NCBI GenBank assembly: GCA_014729085.1
Contig: WJKM01000017.1
Coordinates: forward strand, 1-60,978
Direction: 5' to 3'
Length of the DNA: 60,978 nucleotides
Source of the DNA: Candidatus Dojkabacteria bacterium
GTDB lineage: Bacteria; Patescibacteriota; Dojkabacteria; B142; WJKM01
Shown here: positions 45,892 through 54,393 of the stretch, piece after piece
Numbering within the stretch: position 1 is the stretch's first letter
How the letters are laid out: each line of letters starts with the position of its first letter
Program-made: the position numbers and the translations under genes
Notes under the pieces: generated by a model
Told to the model about the DNA's origin: nothing
What the model saw: the letters and a program-made list of their open reading frames with translations, nothing else
Database searches by the model: none

Positions 45892-48012
45892 ATGTTCGGA
45901 AATATTTACAACAAAATTGAATTCGAAAACCTATTTCTTTTGGAATCATTGCTATTTCTGATTTTCTTTACGGTTAATTCTTTTCTTCTTTACAAACTAA
46001 TAAAAAAATTTCGTCATAATAAAGACACAATAAATAACGATCAACCTAACGATAATTCTTCTCAACAAAATAGTCCAAATAAATTTCCTTTTCGATTTTA
46101 TAAGGGTAGTACAACAATAACTTTAATCTCTTATATAGTCTTTAATATCGTCATATTGTTACTATTAATACCGCTGGGAATTAACCTATTTTTCTCAGAT
46201 CCACAAATGACCCAAACATATCCCAATCCAAGCGACTATTGGAATGATTATGAGAAACCGATCTATATCGAATATGACCGGCCTCTCAATGTTAAAGATT
46301 TACGATTAAATATTTCTCCTGAAACAGAGGGGAATTGGGAATATATTAAAAGCTTTTCATTCTTACCATTTGTAAGGAAGATCAAGTTTTATCCTAAGGA
46401 GACCGTATATCCAGGTCACGAAATTATGGTCTATTTAAGTGACGTAAGTAATATTACTGATCAACAAGATTTCCGGGAGGATAATTTTAAATTTCATTCG
46501 GTGGATTTACCAACAGTTGAAAATACAATACCTGAAAACAATTCAAAAAATGTACAAATTGATCAGGATATAGTCTTCAAACTTTCTCACAAGGAAGGTA
46601 GTTTTGTTGAATGGAATTTTAAAATTAATCACGATGAATCATACGAAGTTGAAAGAAACAATACAGACGAAATTAAACTGAAATTTAATAACCCTTTAAA
46701 ACAAAATACAGATTATATTGTAAAGATTTTCCAGGTTCCACTTGCAAAGGATACACAAACAAATGAAATTACTAAAAAGGGAGAAAGTAAACTCATGTAC
46801 ACAATAAACTTTCAGACAGTAAAAGCGCCTTTAATAACGAATATAACACCACAAGGGAGTGGAATCCTTACTAATTCCAACATAAGTATTGAATTTGAGA
46901 ATGATATGAATAAAGAATCTGTTGAAAATGCTTTTAGTATTTCACCTCAAATTCCAGGAATTAAATCATGGCAGAATAATAAAAAATTTATCTTCAATCC
47001 AAATACGCAATTTCAAAAAAATACTACATACACAATAAAGCTGAACAAAGGAATAAAGAGTCTAGTTGGTGGAACAACTCATCAACATTCTACCTTTGTA
47101 TTTACAACTATTGGTCATGTACGAGTAGTGGGAAGATCCCCTTCTTCGAACTTAAGTAGTGTAAATATTGCAAGTCCAATAAAAATTACATTTAACCAAG
47201 CTGTTGATAAAACTTCAGCAGAAAAAAATTTTTCAGTTTCTCCCAATATCGAAGGTGCTTTTTCTTGGTCAGGAAATACTTTAATATTTACCCCGTCTTC
47301 TAATCTGCCATATTCAACAAAATATGAAATCAAAATTAATTCAGGCATAAAAAGCATACATGGTCTAAATTCAAACGAAGATTATAATTTTAGTTTTATT
47401 ACAGAACCTAAAAAGGTGGTCTTAAATGTTCCCTCTTATAGACAGGTAAATTCAAAAGCCTGCCAGTTAGTTGCTGCTCGAATGCTTCTTGGCTATAAAG
47501 GAATCAATAAATCAACAAATCAGCTGTATTCTGAAATTGCCAAAGATACAACCCCCTGTGATGCAGAAAACAATGTATGGGGCAACCCTCATATCGGTTT
47601 TGTTGGAGATATTAATGGAAATCATGATTGTGCTAGCGGACAGAGAGGTTACGGTGTCTACTGGGAACCAGTATCAGGACTACTCTCAAGAAATGGAGTT
47701 TCAAACAGAATATATCGAGGATGGAATGTATCATCCCTGGCAGCAGAGATAGAAAAGGGACATCCTGCAATGGTATGGTGGCAAAATGGATTTAGTTCCC
47801 CTGATAATGTCTCATGGACTACACCTGAGGGAACTAGTATATATGCAGTAAATGGTATGCACTCAGAAGTTGTCATCGGTTTTATCGGTACAACAGATAA
47901 TCCCACCCATTTCATTGTCAATGACCCGTGGAGAGGACGTAGGACCTTAGATGTCGGTTATTTTAAAGCATTGTGGGGCTATTTCAATAATACTGCTATT
48001 GTCATATATTAA
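45892..48012 (+). CDS. Membrane-anchored protein with SbsA/Big_5-like Ig repeats and a C-terminal C39-like cysteine peptidase domain
   Basis: Repeated ...I.F...M...S......ISP...G...W......F.P...L...T.Y.I.I..GIKS pattern. C-terminal YRQVNSKACQLVAARMLL...GMHSEVVIGF...NDPW (Cys/His/Asp). Confidence 0.8.
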   Translation: MFGNIYNKIEFENLFLLESLLFLIFFTVNSFLLYKLIKKFRHNKDTINNDQPNDNSSQQNSPNKFPFRFYKGSTTITLISYIVFNIVILLLLIPLGINLFFSDPQMTQTYPNPSDYWNDYEKPIYIEYDRPLNVKDLRLNISPETEGNWEYIKSFSFLPFVRKIKFYPKETVYPGHEIMVYLSDVSNITDQQDFREDNFKFHSVDLPTVENTIPENNSKNVQIDQDIVFKLSHKEGSFVEWNFKINHDESYEVERNNTDEIKLKFNNPLKQNTDYIVKIFQVPLAKDTQTNEITKKGESKLMYTINFQTVKAPLITNITPQGSGILTNSNISIEFENDMNKESVENAFSISPQIPGIKSWQNNKKFIFNPNTQFQKNTTYTIKLNKGIKSLVGGTTHQHSTFVFTTIGHVRVVGRSPSSNLSSVNIASPIKITFNQAVDKTSAEKNFSVSPNIEGAFSWSGNTLIFTPSSNLPYSTKYEIKINSGIKSIHGLNSNEDYNFSFITEPKKVVLNVPSYRQVNSKACQLVAARMLLGYKGINKSTNQLYSEIAKDTTPCDAENNVWGNPHIGFVGDINGNHDCASGQRGYGVYWEPVSGLLSRNGVSNRIYRGWNVSSLAAEIEKGHPAMVWWQNGFSSPDNVSWTTPEGTSIYAVNGMHSEVVIGFIGTTDNPTHFIVNDPWRGRRTLDVGYFKALWGYFNNTAIVIY

Positions 48013-48013
48013 A

Positions 48014-49342
48014 ATGTCAAATCTTAAGATATCCCATAAATTTTTATTACTAATACTTCTTTTTTCTTTAGCTTTTATTTTGCAATTTTTCAAACTTTCT
48101 AAACCACATATTATTCGCTGGGATGAATATACGAACCTAAGAGTAATTATGGATACAGATAAACAAGGAACATTCCCAATATTAAAATATTCAGAAAGCT
48201 ATACTGGATATTTTTTTGAAAAACCTCCTTTATGGTACTGGACGACAACATCAGTTGTAAAAATCTTTGGATCTACTAACCTAACACTTAGAATAATAAG
48301 CGCAATATCAGGTTTTTGTCTCATTGGTTTAATTTTTTTTATTGGATATAAGTTATTTTCATATCAGGCTGGTGTTTTTGCTATTCTTGCAATCATGGGA
48401 ACGCATCACTTATTTTATAGCTACTTCCCAGGATATTTTTCAACTCACTCACTACGTTCAGCCGATCTTGATGCGTTACAATTGTTACTTATTATGTTAT
48501 CTTTCTTTTTTTTCTATTTATCTACTACACATAATTCTTTTGTAAAAATAAATGCCAGATACTTCTGGATCATATTAGCATCATTATTTTCAGCTCTAGC
48601 CTTTCTTGCTAAAGGCCCCTTTGCCTTTTTACCCGGATTGATATATTTCTCCTTTCAATTGGTCAATCTTATCAGAAAAAAAGAAGTTTTCACGGATTTT
48701 TTAAGTAATTTATTGCTTTATTCTTCTACTCTTTTTCTAATTGCAGGGTCATGGCATTTGTGGATGTACTATAAATTCGGTAATCAATTCATTGAAGAAT
48801 ACTTCATATATCATATTCTAACACGATCATTTACCACCATAGAAGGGCATAGTGGATACACATTAATGTTTACGAATTACTTATTAAACCCAAAACTATT
48901 CGTATCAGGTGCTATGTTATTTTTCTCATTTTTTATCATGATATTCAAATACAATAAAAATATTCTGAATAACTTCAAACTATATTCGATAATCATGGGT
49001 ACTGTTATTCCTTTATTAATAATATCTTTAATCAAGACTCAAATTGCTTGGTACTTATTCTATACTTACCCTTTTGCATGTCTTATTCTTGGGAAATTTA
49101 TTTCGGATATTGAAAAGATGTCTTTGAAATGGACTATATATATACCTTTTATTATTCTAACTTACTTTACGATTTCATATTCTTTTTTCTACACTTTTAT
49201 TCTTTGTTTTATATTCTTTTTCTTTCTACATATACTGTCTAAATTGAAGATTATTTCTATACATAAATTCATTCAATTATCTATACTGACAGTAATTATC
49301 CCTCAAATATATATGAATCTCCTTCATATACTCTATATCTAG
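48014..49342 (+). CDS. ArnT/PMT-like (GT39/GT83-type) membrane glycosyltransferase
   Basis: RWDEYTNL and FFEKPPLWYW motifs; polytopic. The start is taken at ATG 48014, one base after the upstream stop; the maximal ORF starts at 47951. Confidence 0.82.
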   Translation: MSNLKISHKFLLLILLFSLAFILQFFKLSKPHIIRWDEYTNLRVIMDTDKQGTFPILKYSESYTGYFFEKPPLWYWTTTSVVKIFGSTNLTLRIISAISGFCLIGLIFFIGYKLFSYQAGVFAILAIMGTHHLFYSYFPGYFSTHSLRSADLDALQLLLIMLSFFFFYLSTTHNSFVKINARYFWIILASLFSALAFLAKGPFAFLPGLIYFSFQLVNLIRKKEVFTDFLSNLLLYSSTLFLIAGSWHLWMYYKFGNQFIEEYFIYHILTRSFTTIEGHSGYTLMFTNYLLNPKLFVSGAMLFFSFFIMIFKYNKNILNNFKLYSIIMGTVIPLLIISLIKTQIAWYLFYTYPFACLILGKFISDIEKMSLKWTIYIPFIILTYFTISYSFFYTFILCFIFFFFLHILSKLKIISIHKFIQLSILTVIIPQIYMNLLHILYI

Positions 49343-49412
49343 CAAGTGACTAAATTAGACATATTTTTCATTTTTATATATTTCTAATATAGAAAGCTAT
49401 TTTCCCTCTTTT

Positions 49413-49444
49413 AGGTGTAATTATTTTAACTATATCTACGTCTA
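49413..49444 (+). promoter_or_regulatory. Candidate ECF-type promoter AGGTGTAA-N16-TACGTCTA upstream of the sigma gene (autoregulation)
   Basis: AGGTGTAA at 49413-49420 and TACGTCTA at 49437-49444. The same two blocks with the same spacing recur at 51960-51991. Confidence 0.55.
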
Positions 49445-49529
49445 TTTATTGAACAGGTTGTATTTTATTCGAAAGGATTTTCTGATAGTATTTATTCAGG
49501 GTAGAATAATATCAGCTTCAAATTATCTA

Positions 49530-50069
49530 TTGAAAATTACCAACGAAAAAATACAATTAATAAAAAAAGATCCTAGACATTTTAATATAATATATCAAAA
49601 ATATTTTGATGAAATTTATGCTTATGCATATTATTTAGCAGGAAATAAGCATGATGCCGAAGACGTAACGTCAATGGCGTTTATGAGGGCACTTGAAAAA
49701 ATACATACTTTCAAGGGTACGGCAAAAAAAATTCGGAGCTGGATATATACAATCACAAGAAACATATTTATTGATGAAATTTGCAGAAAGAATAAAGGAG
49801 AAGTACATCTAGAACTGGATATTTTTAAAGAGGAAGCTACTAAAGTCTCTACACAACAACATAAAAAAATTTTATACGAAGAATTGATTGAAGTAATAAA
49901 TGGATTAGAGCCACCAATATATAAAGAAGTTTTACTTTTAAGATATAAACAGAATTTAGAGATTAAGGAAATCAGTGCAATAGTTAAAAAAAAGGAAGGT
50001 AACGTACGTACAATAATTCACAGGGCTATGACAAAACTAAAAGAACAGTATCTAGAATCTGATACATGA
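49530..50069 (+). CDS. ECF-type RNA polymerase sigma factor (sigma-70 family)
   Basis: Region 2 is FNIIYQKYFDEIYAYAYYL...DAEDVTSMAFMRA. Region 4 is LEIKEISAIVKKKEGNVRTIIHRAMTKLKE. The maximal ORF begins at TTG 49449, which lies inside or too close to the predicted promoter, so TTG 49530 ((M)KITNEKIQLIKKDP...) is preferred. The start is uncertain. Confidence 0.85.
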   Translation: MKITNEKIQLIKKDPRHFNIIYQKYFDEIYAYAYYLAGNKHDAEDVTSMAFMRALEKIHTFKGTAKKIRSWIYTITRNIFIDEICRKNKGEVHLELDIFKEEATKVSTQQHKKILYEELIEVINGLEPPIYKEVLLLRYKQNLEIKEISAIVKKKEGNVRTIIHRAMTKLKEQYLESDT

Positions 50070-50108
50070 GAAGGACATCTTTGCAAAATTTATTTTAGAA
50101 AATACATA

Positions 50109-50660
50109 ATGGAAAAGGATAAAAAATTTGAGAAAATAATAGAAAGTATTCCAACACCTGTTGCTGATCAAGAGTTCAGACAAAATCTTTCGGATGAATT
50201 GGCAATAAAAGCTGAGAACATTTCTTCTAAAAGAAATCGGAAGAAAGAACACAGATCAATTCTACTTCCTTGGCAACTTGGTCTAGCTTTCACATCATTT
50301 GTTTTTATTATATTAATTACCCTAACAATCCTAACTTCCCAAGAAACAAAACAAAGAATGATTAAATACATCAAGCAGGAAGCTAAATCTGCATTTTCAG
50401 AAGTAACAATTGTAACTATACCTAACACAGATAAAGATGAAGTGAATATCTTTGTCTACAACCTTCTTGAGGAAGATAAACCACCACTTGATGTTTCTTT
50501 AATACAAAAAGGGGACGATGTTGAAATCCTCTTATATCCAGGATATTACAAAATAATCTTTATCAAAGAAGGAGAGCCAGTGATTGAGAAAAACATTGTT
50601 ATTGAAGATGATGAAAAAGAAGTAACTTTAAATTTAGAAAATCTGAAAGAAGATGAGTAA
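50109..50660 (+). CDS. Putative anti-sigma factor: single TM with a PEGA-like extracytoplasmic domain
   Basis: Positioned after the ECF sigma gene. One TM (LGLAFTSFVFIILITLTILT). PGYYKIIFIKEGEPVIEK is a PEGA-like motif. Confidence 0.65.
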   Translation: MEKDKKFEKIIESIPTPVADQEFRQNLSDELAIKAENISSKRNRKKEHRSILLPWQLGLAFTSFVFIILITLTILTSQETKQRMIKYIKQEAKSAFSEVTIVTIPNTDKDEVNIFVYNLLEEDKPPLDVSLIQKGDDVEILLYPGYYKIIFIKEGEPVIEKNIVIEDDEKEVTLNLENLKEDE

Positions 50661-51900
50661 ATTGAAAAAAACTAAAATGGTTATTAGTTTGTTAACATGG
50701 CAAACTAGTCTTATATTTATATCTATCACCTTTCTAATTCTTTCAGGGGTTTTGGTTGTTGCTTCTCCAAAAACTAGAGAGGCTATACAAGATACAGCTG
50801 TGGACGTTGTTAAGGCTTCATTTTCAGATGTGTCTACAATTGTGATTAATAAAGATTTAAGTGATTCTCATATCTTTATATATAACAAGATATCTAATAA
50901 TCCAGACAGACCAATGGAAATAGAGCCTATATACAAAGACTCTAAAACATTTCTTGAATTATTCCCTGGTTCATATACCTTAGGTATTATAAAAGAAGGT
51001 TACGAACCAATTGAGAAAGATCTTCTAATTAATGTTGGAGAGAAAGAATTAGAGGTATATATTTCGTTTGAAAAAGAAAAAGATGTTCAGGAAGAAACAA
51101 AAAATTCAGATAAAGACATATCATATCTGGTTAGTCCCTATACTGGACTTTCTAATCTAAATTCCGATACAGATGAAAAACACCTAGCTGATTTAACAAT
51201 TGAAGATATTAATATTATTGATCCAAACACAAATGAAACAGTCTCGGAAATTGAATCTGGTGAACTTGTGGTAATTGAAGCACTGATTTCAAATAAGGGG
51301 GATGTTACGAGTTATTCTTTTCAGTATAAATGGGCATATAGAAAACAAAATAGTATTTGGCAGGAACTTTATACAAATACTCGCCCTGGAATTGCTTATC
51401 AGGATAATTCTCCAACTAAACTTACTTATAGCTGGAAAACGCCTTTGGAAGCTGGAAAATATGATTTAAAACTTGAATTAGACACTACGAATACCATAGA
51501 TGAAATAGAAGAAAACAATAATATAGCAACTTACAATGTCTCTCTAGTATCTACTGGACCAGATTATGATATCGGGATTGAAGATGTAATACTGAAAAGT
51601 AGAAGTGGTCAAATATTACAATCTCCACAACCAGGTCAAGAATGCATAGCTGAAATAATCTTAAGAAACTATAGCGAAGTGAAGTTTGATAAAGCTTATT
51701 CAATTACTATTCTAGCTAATGGAGAGATTCAACAATCCTTCAATCAACAACAAGCTTCAAATATTGAACCGTATGGTGTTTTTACAGCTAATTTGAACTG
51801 GATCCCTAAAGAAAATGTAAAAACTGAATTCAGGGTAAAACTACTCAATAATATTCCTGAAACGAATTATGAAAATAATCAACACATAATTAATAGCTAG
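50653..51900 (+). CDS. Membrane-anchored PEGA plus two CARDB-like domain protein
   Basis: The N-terminal half is paralogous to the 50109-50660 product (VKASFSDVSTIVIN...PGSYTLGIIKEGYEPIEK). DLTIEDINIIDP...VIEALISNKG and DIGIEDVIL...IAEIILRNYS are CARDB-like. Confidence 0.7.
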   Translation: MSKLKKTKMVISLLTWQTSLIFISITFLILSGVLVVASPKTREAIQDTAVDVVKASFSDVSTIVINKDLSDSHIFIYNKISNNPDRPMEIEPIYKDSKTFLELFPGSYTLGIIKEGYEPIEKDLLINVGEKELEVYISFEKEKDVQEETKNSDKDISYLVSPYTGLSNLNSDTDEKHLADLTIEDINIIDPNTNETVSEIESGELVVIEALISNKGDVTSYSFQYKWAYRKQNSIWQELYTNTRPGIAYQDNSPTKLTYSWKTPLEAGKYDLKLELDTTNTIDEIEENNNIATYNVSLVSTGPDYDIGIEDVILKSRSGQILQSPQPGQECIAEIILRNYSEVKFDKAYSITILANGEIQQSFNQQQASNIEPYGVFTANLNWIPKENVKTEFRVKLLNNIPETNYENNQHIINS

Positions 51901-51959
51901 ATTTAACTAAATTCCTAACATATTTGGAAATACCCCACAATTCTACTTTTCAACTCAAC

Positions 51960-51991
51960 AGGTGTAACAAAATATTAATTCATTACGTCTA
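51960..51991 (+). promoter_or_regulatory. Second copy of the candidate ECF-type promoter AGGTGTAA-N16-TACGTCTA
   Basis: AGGTGTAA at 51960-51967 and TACGTCTA at 51984-51991, about 55 nt upstream of ATG 52046. Confidence 0.55.
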
Positions 51992-52045
51992 AATTATATA
52001 GCCCATATAGAGCGCTATATAATTTATTTATTATTTTTATTTAAC

Positions 52046-52654
52046 ATGGAACAAATACATTTTGATCCAATGGAACCATCAGTTAGTGGCCCACTTGAAT
52101 CTGATACTAGTCTCCAAAATAGTCTAATTGCAGGTGAAGGCCTAAGAGGAGATATACATGAAGATGGTTTTGTAAATGCAGACGACGCAGCTCTGGCAGA
52201 AGAATATCTTGAGACTGGAAATCTTCCAGGAGATGTTACACCACAGGGTCGAACTAATTTTGCAGCTGCCTGGGATAGTTATTCGACTCTAGATACCTAT
52301 GATGCTGAGGCAGTAATTTATGCTGCAGAAAACGGTAGATTCTTGGGATATAATCCGGAACAATGTGTCGAGGATATTACGGTTAATATCGATGCTCCAG
52401 ATAGAATTAATGCAGGGGAAGCAGTAACCCTTACTGCATCTATTGATGCTTCAAATTATGCAGACACTTGGACAATGCATTGGGAAGATGCAAATGGAGA
52501 AACATTTTCATTCAGTAACCCTTATTCTGGTTCCTTTGACAGTGCAGGCAATGTGTATGCAGTATATGACAGTAATGACACTAATTGCCAATACTATGAT
52601 GGTGTAAGTGCGTGGCAAAACGTCTTTCTTCCTGTAACCTTACAAAATTATTAG
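52046..52654 (+). CDS. Acidic hypothetical protein with a dockerin/EF-hand-like motif
   Basis: GDIHEDGFVNADDAALAEEYL resembles a dockerin-type Ca-binding loop-helix. No obvious signal peptide. GC is higher than in the neighbours. Confidence 0.65.
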   Translation: MEQIHFDPMEPSVSGPLESDTSLQNSLIAGEGLRGDIHEDGFVNADDAALAEEYLETGNLPGDVTPQGRTNFAAAWDSYSTLDTYDAEAVIYAAENGRFLGYNPEQCVEDITVNIDAPDRINAGEAVTLTASIDASNYADTWTMHWEDANGETFSFSNPYSGSFDSAGNVYAVYDSNDTNCQYYDGVSAWQNVFLPVTLQNY

Positions 52655-52663
52655 TAATAATAG

Positions 52664-52700
52664 AAACACAAACCACCGATAACATCTGTGGTTTGTGTTT
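52664..52700. terminator. Bidirectional stem-loop terminator between convergent genes
   Basis: AAACACAAACCAC (52664-52676) pairs perfectly with GTGGTTTGTGTTT (52688-52700) over 13 bp. Flanked by A/T runs. Confidence 0.75.
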
Positions 52701-52707
52701 TATATAA

Positions 52708-54339
52708 TTAACATCTTAAGAGATTTTTTTTGTAAATAAAGATTTCAGTTTCTTCACACATCAGGATTTTTCTGGGACTTCCAAATTGCTGCAGAATTCT
52801 ATTTCTCTCGAGACCTTCTGTAATTATAAAAGTATATTTAGGATTTATGTAGCTCGCCTTTTCCTCACCACAATACCAATGTTTATTATTCAGCCAATGG
52901 TAGATTGAAAGATCTGGGTTAAGCTGATTTACTATGATATTTTTCTTTGAAAAATTTGTTACAACACTGGAGTTCCAATAATTAGACAAACCAAAGGTTA
53001 ACTCATAATCATTAGAGTACTTATCCAAACACTGACTTAATGATGGATAATAACTAATAAAAGCTTTTACCTTATTTAATTTCCCTGTAGCAAACAATCC
53101 AATTCCCGCTATTAAAGTTACTGAAATAATAAAATATTTATATATTTTCTGATTTATTACAATTTGATTTTTTCTTAAATTATATATACTTGCCAATATT
53201 AATAAGTTCAATGAAAGTACTACAATCCCTATAAAGTATCGTACAGCATGAATATTCAAGTAAAGTCCTAAAAAAAGAGGAGAAAGCAACATAAACGAAG
53301 AAGAGAATAATGAGAATAAAGAAAAAAATAGTATATTAAGTTCTCTATTTTTAATTTGTGTATTTCTAAACCTATCTAGAAAATATTTAATAAAATAGAT
53401 AGAACTAAAAATTATAGAAAAATAGAAAAAAAGTATTAAATACGCATTAGGATTAGATCCTATATCACTACCAAAGTTATTAATTGATCTAACTAAAATC
53501 AAAATATATTTTCCAAAATTATCTAATTTCGAGCTCAGATCCGGACTTTCAACGAAATTATTAATTTTTATTAATAAGGAAAATATTATTATTATAATAC
53601 TGGCAATAGTAATTCTATCTCCTAATTTAGATACTGTTTTTTGAGAAAGTACTCTGAGTATTCTTAAAATCATAATAGTAGTAAAAAGAGGCACTATGAA
53701 CATAACAACAAATAGTTTATCTGAAATTCCGGCGAGAATACTTATTGTCAATATATATATTAAATATTTTTTATTTTTTGTCTGAAGAAATTGCATGGTA
53801 AAGATAACTCCCCATATACAACACAAAAAGGTACCAATATGGAAAGAATGTTTAAATACATAATGCAATAATTCAAACAAATTTCCTCCCGCGATACTAC
53901 CAATACTAAATATTGATGTATATACCAAGGTTACGATGACAGTTACTTGAGGATTAGTATCTCCACAAACTGTTCTTATGAGACATATAGAGGAGAATAC
54001 AAGTACCAAAGCTTGAAATATACCGAACAAAAAGGTGCTTATTATCAAGTTGCCTGAAAAAATTAATATCAGAAAATATAAAAACATGTCAGGAAAAAAA
54101 TACTGTACATGGGAAAACCTCCAACCATCTAAACTGAATTTATCAATAAAAATATCCCTATACAAAGAAGGAAGATAAAGCATATCAGCATCAAAGAATA
54201 TTTTAATGTATCCCCGATTCTGGGCACTATTAAGAAAAACGTATATTGAAAGTAATAAAAGGATGACTGAGAATGGTATCAGTAATTGATTCAGACTGAA
54301 TTTGAATGACTTATTTTTATGTTTTATACAAATGGTCAT
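52708..54339 (-). CDS. Polytopic membrane protein, possible GT-C-like glycosyltransferase (function uncertain)
   Basis: About 12 or more TM helices followed by a soluble C-terminal domain of about 130 aa. FFDADMLYLPSLYRD lies in the first loop. Confidence 0.65.
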   Translation of the reverse strand: MTICIKHKNKSFKFSLNQLLIPFSVILLLLSIYVFLNSAQNRGYIKIFFDADMLYLPSLYRDIFIDKFSLDGWRFSHVQYFFPDMFLYFLILIFSGNLIISTFLFGIFQALVLVFSSICLIRTVCGDTNPQVTVIVTLVYTSIFSIGSIAGGNLFELLHYVFKHSFHIGTFLCCIWGVIFTMQFLQTKNKKYLIYILTISILAGISDKLFVVMFIVPLFTTIMILRILRVLSQKTVSKLGDRITIASIIIIIFSLLIKINNFVESPDLSSKLDNFGKYILILVRSINNFGSDIGSNPNAYLILFFYFSIIFSSIYFIKYFLDRFRNTQIKNRELNILFFSLFSLFSSSFMLLSPLFLGLYLNIHAVRYFIGIVVLSLNLLILASIYNLRKNQIVINQKIYKYFIISVTLIAGIGLFATGKLNKVKAFISYYPSLSQCLDKYSNDYELTFGLSNYWNSSVVTNFSKKNIIVNQLNPDLSIYHWLNNKHWYCGEEKASYINPKYTFIITEGLERNRILQQFGSPRKILMCEETEIFIYKKNLLRC

Positions 54340-54393
54340 TGAAGAAAAGGAAGTCTAAATCTCTCACCGTGTAAATATTTACTCATTGGAAGA

